Part shown: positions 61,948 through 64,000 of the stretch, in pieces
How the letters are laid out: the number at the start of each line of letters is the position of its first letter
Position numbering within the stretch: the first letter of the stretch is position 1
NCBI RefSeq assembly: GCF_009914755.1
Contig: NC_060935.1
Direction: 5' to 3' (one strand)
Length of the DNA: 64,000 bases
DNA from: the human T2T-CHM13v2.0 reference genome, Homo sapiens
Notes under the pieces: model-generated
Database searches by the model: none
Told to the model about the DNA's origin: nothing
What the model saw: the letters and a program-made list of their open reading frames with translations, nothing else
Program-made: the position numbers and the translations under genes

Positions 61948-63488
61948 CTCTTTTTTAAAAACTGTTATTTTAAATTTAAAGGTACATGTGCAGGTTTGTT
62001 ACACAGGTAAACTTGTGTCATGAGGGTTTGTTGTATAGATCATTTCATCACCCAAGTATTAAGCCTAGTACCTATTAGTAGTTTTTTTCAATCTTCTCCC
62101 TCTTCCCACCCTCCACCCTCCAAAAGGCCCCAGGGTGTGTTGCTGCCCTCCATGTGTCCGTGTGTTCTCATCATTTAGCTCCCACTTTTAAGTAAGAGCA
62201 CTTGGTATTTGGTTTTCTGTTCCTGTGTTAGTTTGCCAAGGATAATCACATCCAGCTCTGTATGTCTCCGCAAAGAATATGATCTCATTTCTTTTTATGA
62301 CTGCATACTATTCCATGGTGTATATGTGTTAATACCACATTGTCTTTTTTCAGTCTATCATTGATGGGGATTTAGGTTGCTTCTATGTCTTTGCTATTAT
62401 GAATAGTGCTGCAATGAGCATACATGTGCATGTGTCTTTACAATAGAATGATTTCTATTCCTGTTTGTATGTACCTAGTAATGGGATTGCTGGGTCAAAT
62501 GGTATTTCTTTCTTTAGGTTTTTGAGGAATCACCACACTGTCTTCCACAATGGTGGAACTAATTTGCACTTCTACCAACAGTGTATAAGCATTGCTTTTT
62601 CTCCACAACCTCGTCAGCATCTGTTACATTTTGACTTTTTAATAATAGCCATTCTAACTGGTGTGAGATGGTCTCATTGTGGTTTTGATTTGCATTTCTC
62701 TAAAGATCAGTGATGTTGAGCTTTTACTCATATGATTGTTGGTCACACATATGTCTTCTTTTGAGAAGTGTCTGTTGATGTCTTTTGCCCACTTTTTAAT
62801 GTTTTTTTTTCTTGTAAATTTGTTTAAGTTCCTTATAGATGCTGGATATTAGATCTTTGTCAGATGCCTAGTTTGTTTGCAGAAATTTTCTCCCATTCTG
62901 TAGGTTTTCTGATTATTCTATTGATAGTTTCTTTTGCTGTGTAGAAGTTCTTTAATTTAATTATATTCCATTTGTCAATTTTTGCTTTTGTTGCAATTGC
63001 TTTTGGCATCTTCATTATGAAATCTTTGCCTGTACCTATGTCTTGAATGGTATTGCCTAGGTTGTCTTCCAGGGTTTTTATAGTTTTGGGTTTTATATTT
63101 AAGTCTGTAATTCATCTTGAGTTAATTTTTGTATATGGTGTAAGGAAGGGTCCAATTTTACTCTTCTGCATAGGGCCAGCCCATTCTCCCAGCACCATTT
63201 ATTGAATAGGGAATCCTTTCCGCATTGCTTGTTTTTTTCAGGATTGTCGAAGATTGGATAGTTGTAGGTGTGCAGTCTTATTTTCAGTTTCTTCATTTTG
63301 TCTCATTTGTCTAAGTATCTGTTCTTGTACCACTACCATGCTATTTTGGTTATTGTAGCCCTCTAGTATGGTTTGAGGTTGAGTAATGTGATGGCTACAG
63401 CTTTGTTCTTTTTGCTTAGGATTGCCTTGGCTATTTGGGCTCTGTTTTCATTCCATATGAATTTTAACATAGTTTTTTTTTCTAGTTC
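61948..63488 (-). mobile_element. 5'-truncated older L1PA (PA13-16 range)
   Basis: ORF2 remnant ([18 protein letters not shown]); perfect 15-bp TSD tacacaatgaatttt (61933-61947, 63489-63503). Confidence 0.92.
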
Positions 63489-63604
63489 TACACAATGAAT
63501 TTTAATGGAATGGGGATGGGAGAATGGGGTATGCTCTCATTTAATCAATTTCTCTCCATTGGTTTCTTTATTTTGGCACAAAATATACTTAAGTCTTTAC
63601 AACT

Positions 63605-64000
63605 TTTTTAATATTTTTTTTTCAAACGACTTTACTTTTTAGTGTAGTTTTAGCTTTACAGCAAAACTGAGAGGGAAATACAGAGATTTTTCCTCTACCT
63701 CCCCTCCCTTACACATGCATAGCCTCCCTCATTATCAGCATCCGTCACCAGAGTGGTATATTTGTTACAACTGATGAACACACCTTGACAAATCATAATC
63801 ATTCAAAGTCCATAGTTCACCTTAGGATTCACTCTTTGTGTGGTACATTGATTTCCTATTTTCTTAATGATTTCCTGTTTTCAATTTCATTGATTTCTGC
63901 ACTAGTTCTTATTCTTTCTTTTCTTCTGCTTGCTTTAGATTTAATTTCCTGTTCTTTTTCTAGTTTCCTAACGCAGAAACTTAGATTTTCAATCTTTCTT
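63605..64000 (-). mobile_element. L1MC 3' end plus L1 ORF2 fragment
   Basis: ccagagtggtatatttgttacaactgatgaac L1MC motif; T-rich ORF2 antisense sequence. Confidence 0.72.

Overview
Human (or closely related ape) genomic DNA containing the 5' end of ARHGAP20 (Rho GTPase-activating protein 20, chr11q22-q23 from memory) on the minus strand. It includes a CpG-island promoter (~51.1-53.4 kb), coding exon 1 (52132-52236), an alternative coding first exon (51663-51698, MSARERQPALKK), a MIR-derived alternative exon (30968-31035, MTFWIIINK) and common exon 2 (30543-30625). More than 30 kb of intron 2 runs off the left edge. The rest is mostly fossil transposable elements: L1M/L1PB/L1PA, Alu, MIR, L2, THE1/MLT/MER50 LTRs, Tigger1/4 and hAT MITEs. 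Nearly all ORFs in the six-frame track are repeat-derived or chance ORFs. I find no evidence of a new multi-gene system. The most unusual signals are: (i) a polyadenylated, U5-less MER50 LTR with L1-type target duplication, (ii) a 109-bp, ~94%-identical local templated copy of a MIR segment, (iii) a twin-primed inverted L1PA whose TSD matches the internal priming site, and (iv) MIR exonisation plus uORFs shaping the ARHGAP20 N-terminus. Repeat subfamily names come from recalled consensus sequences, and boundaries of old repeats are approximate.
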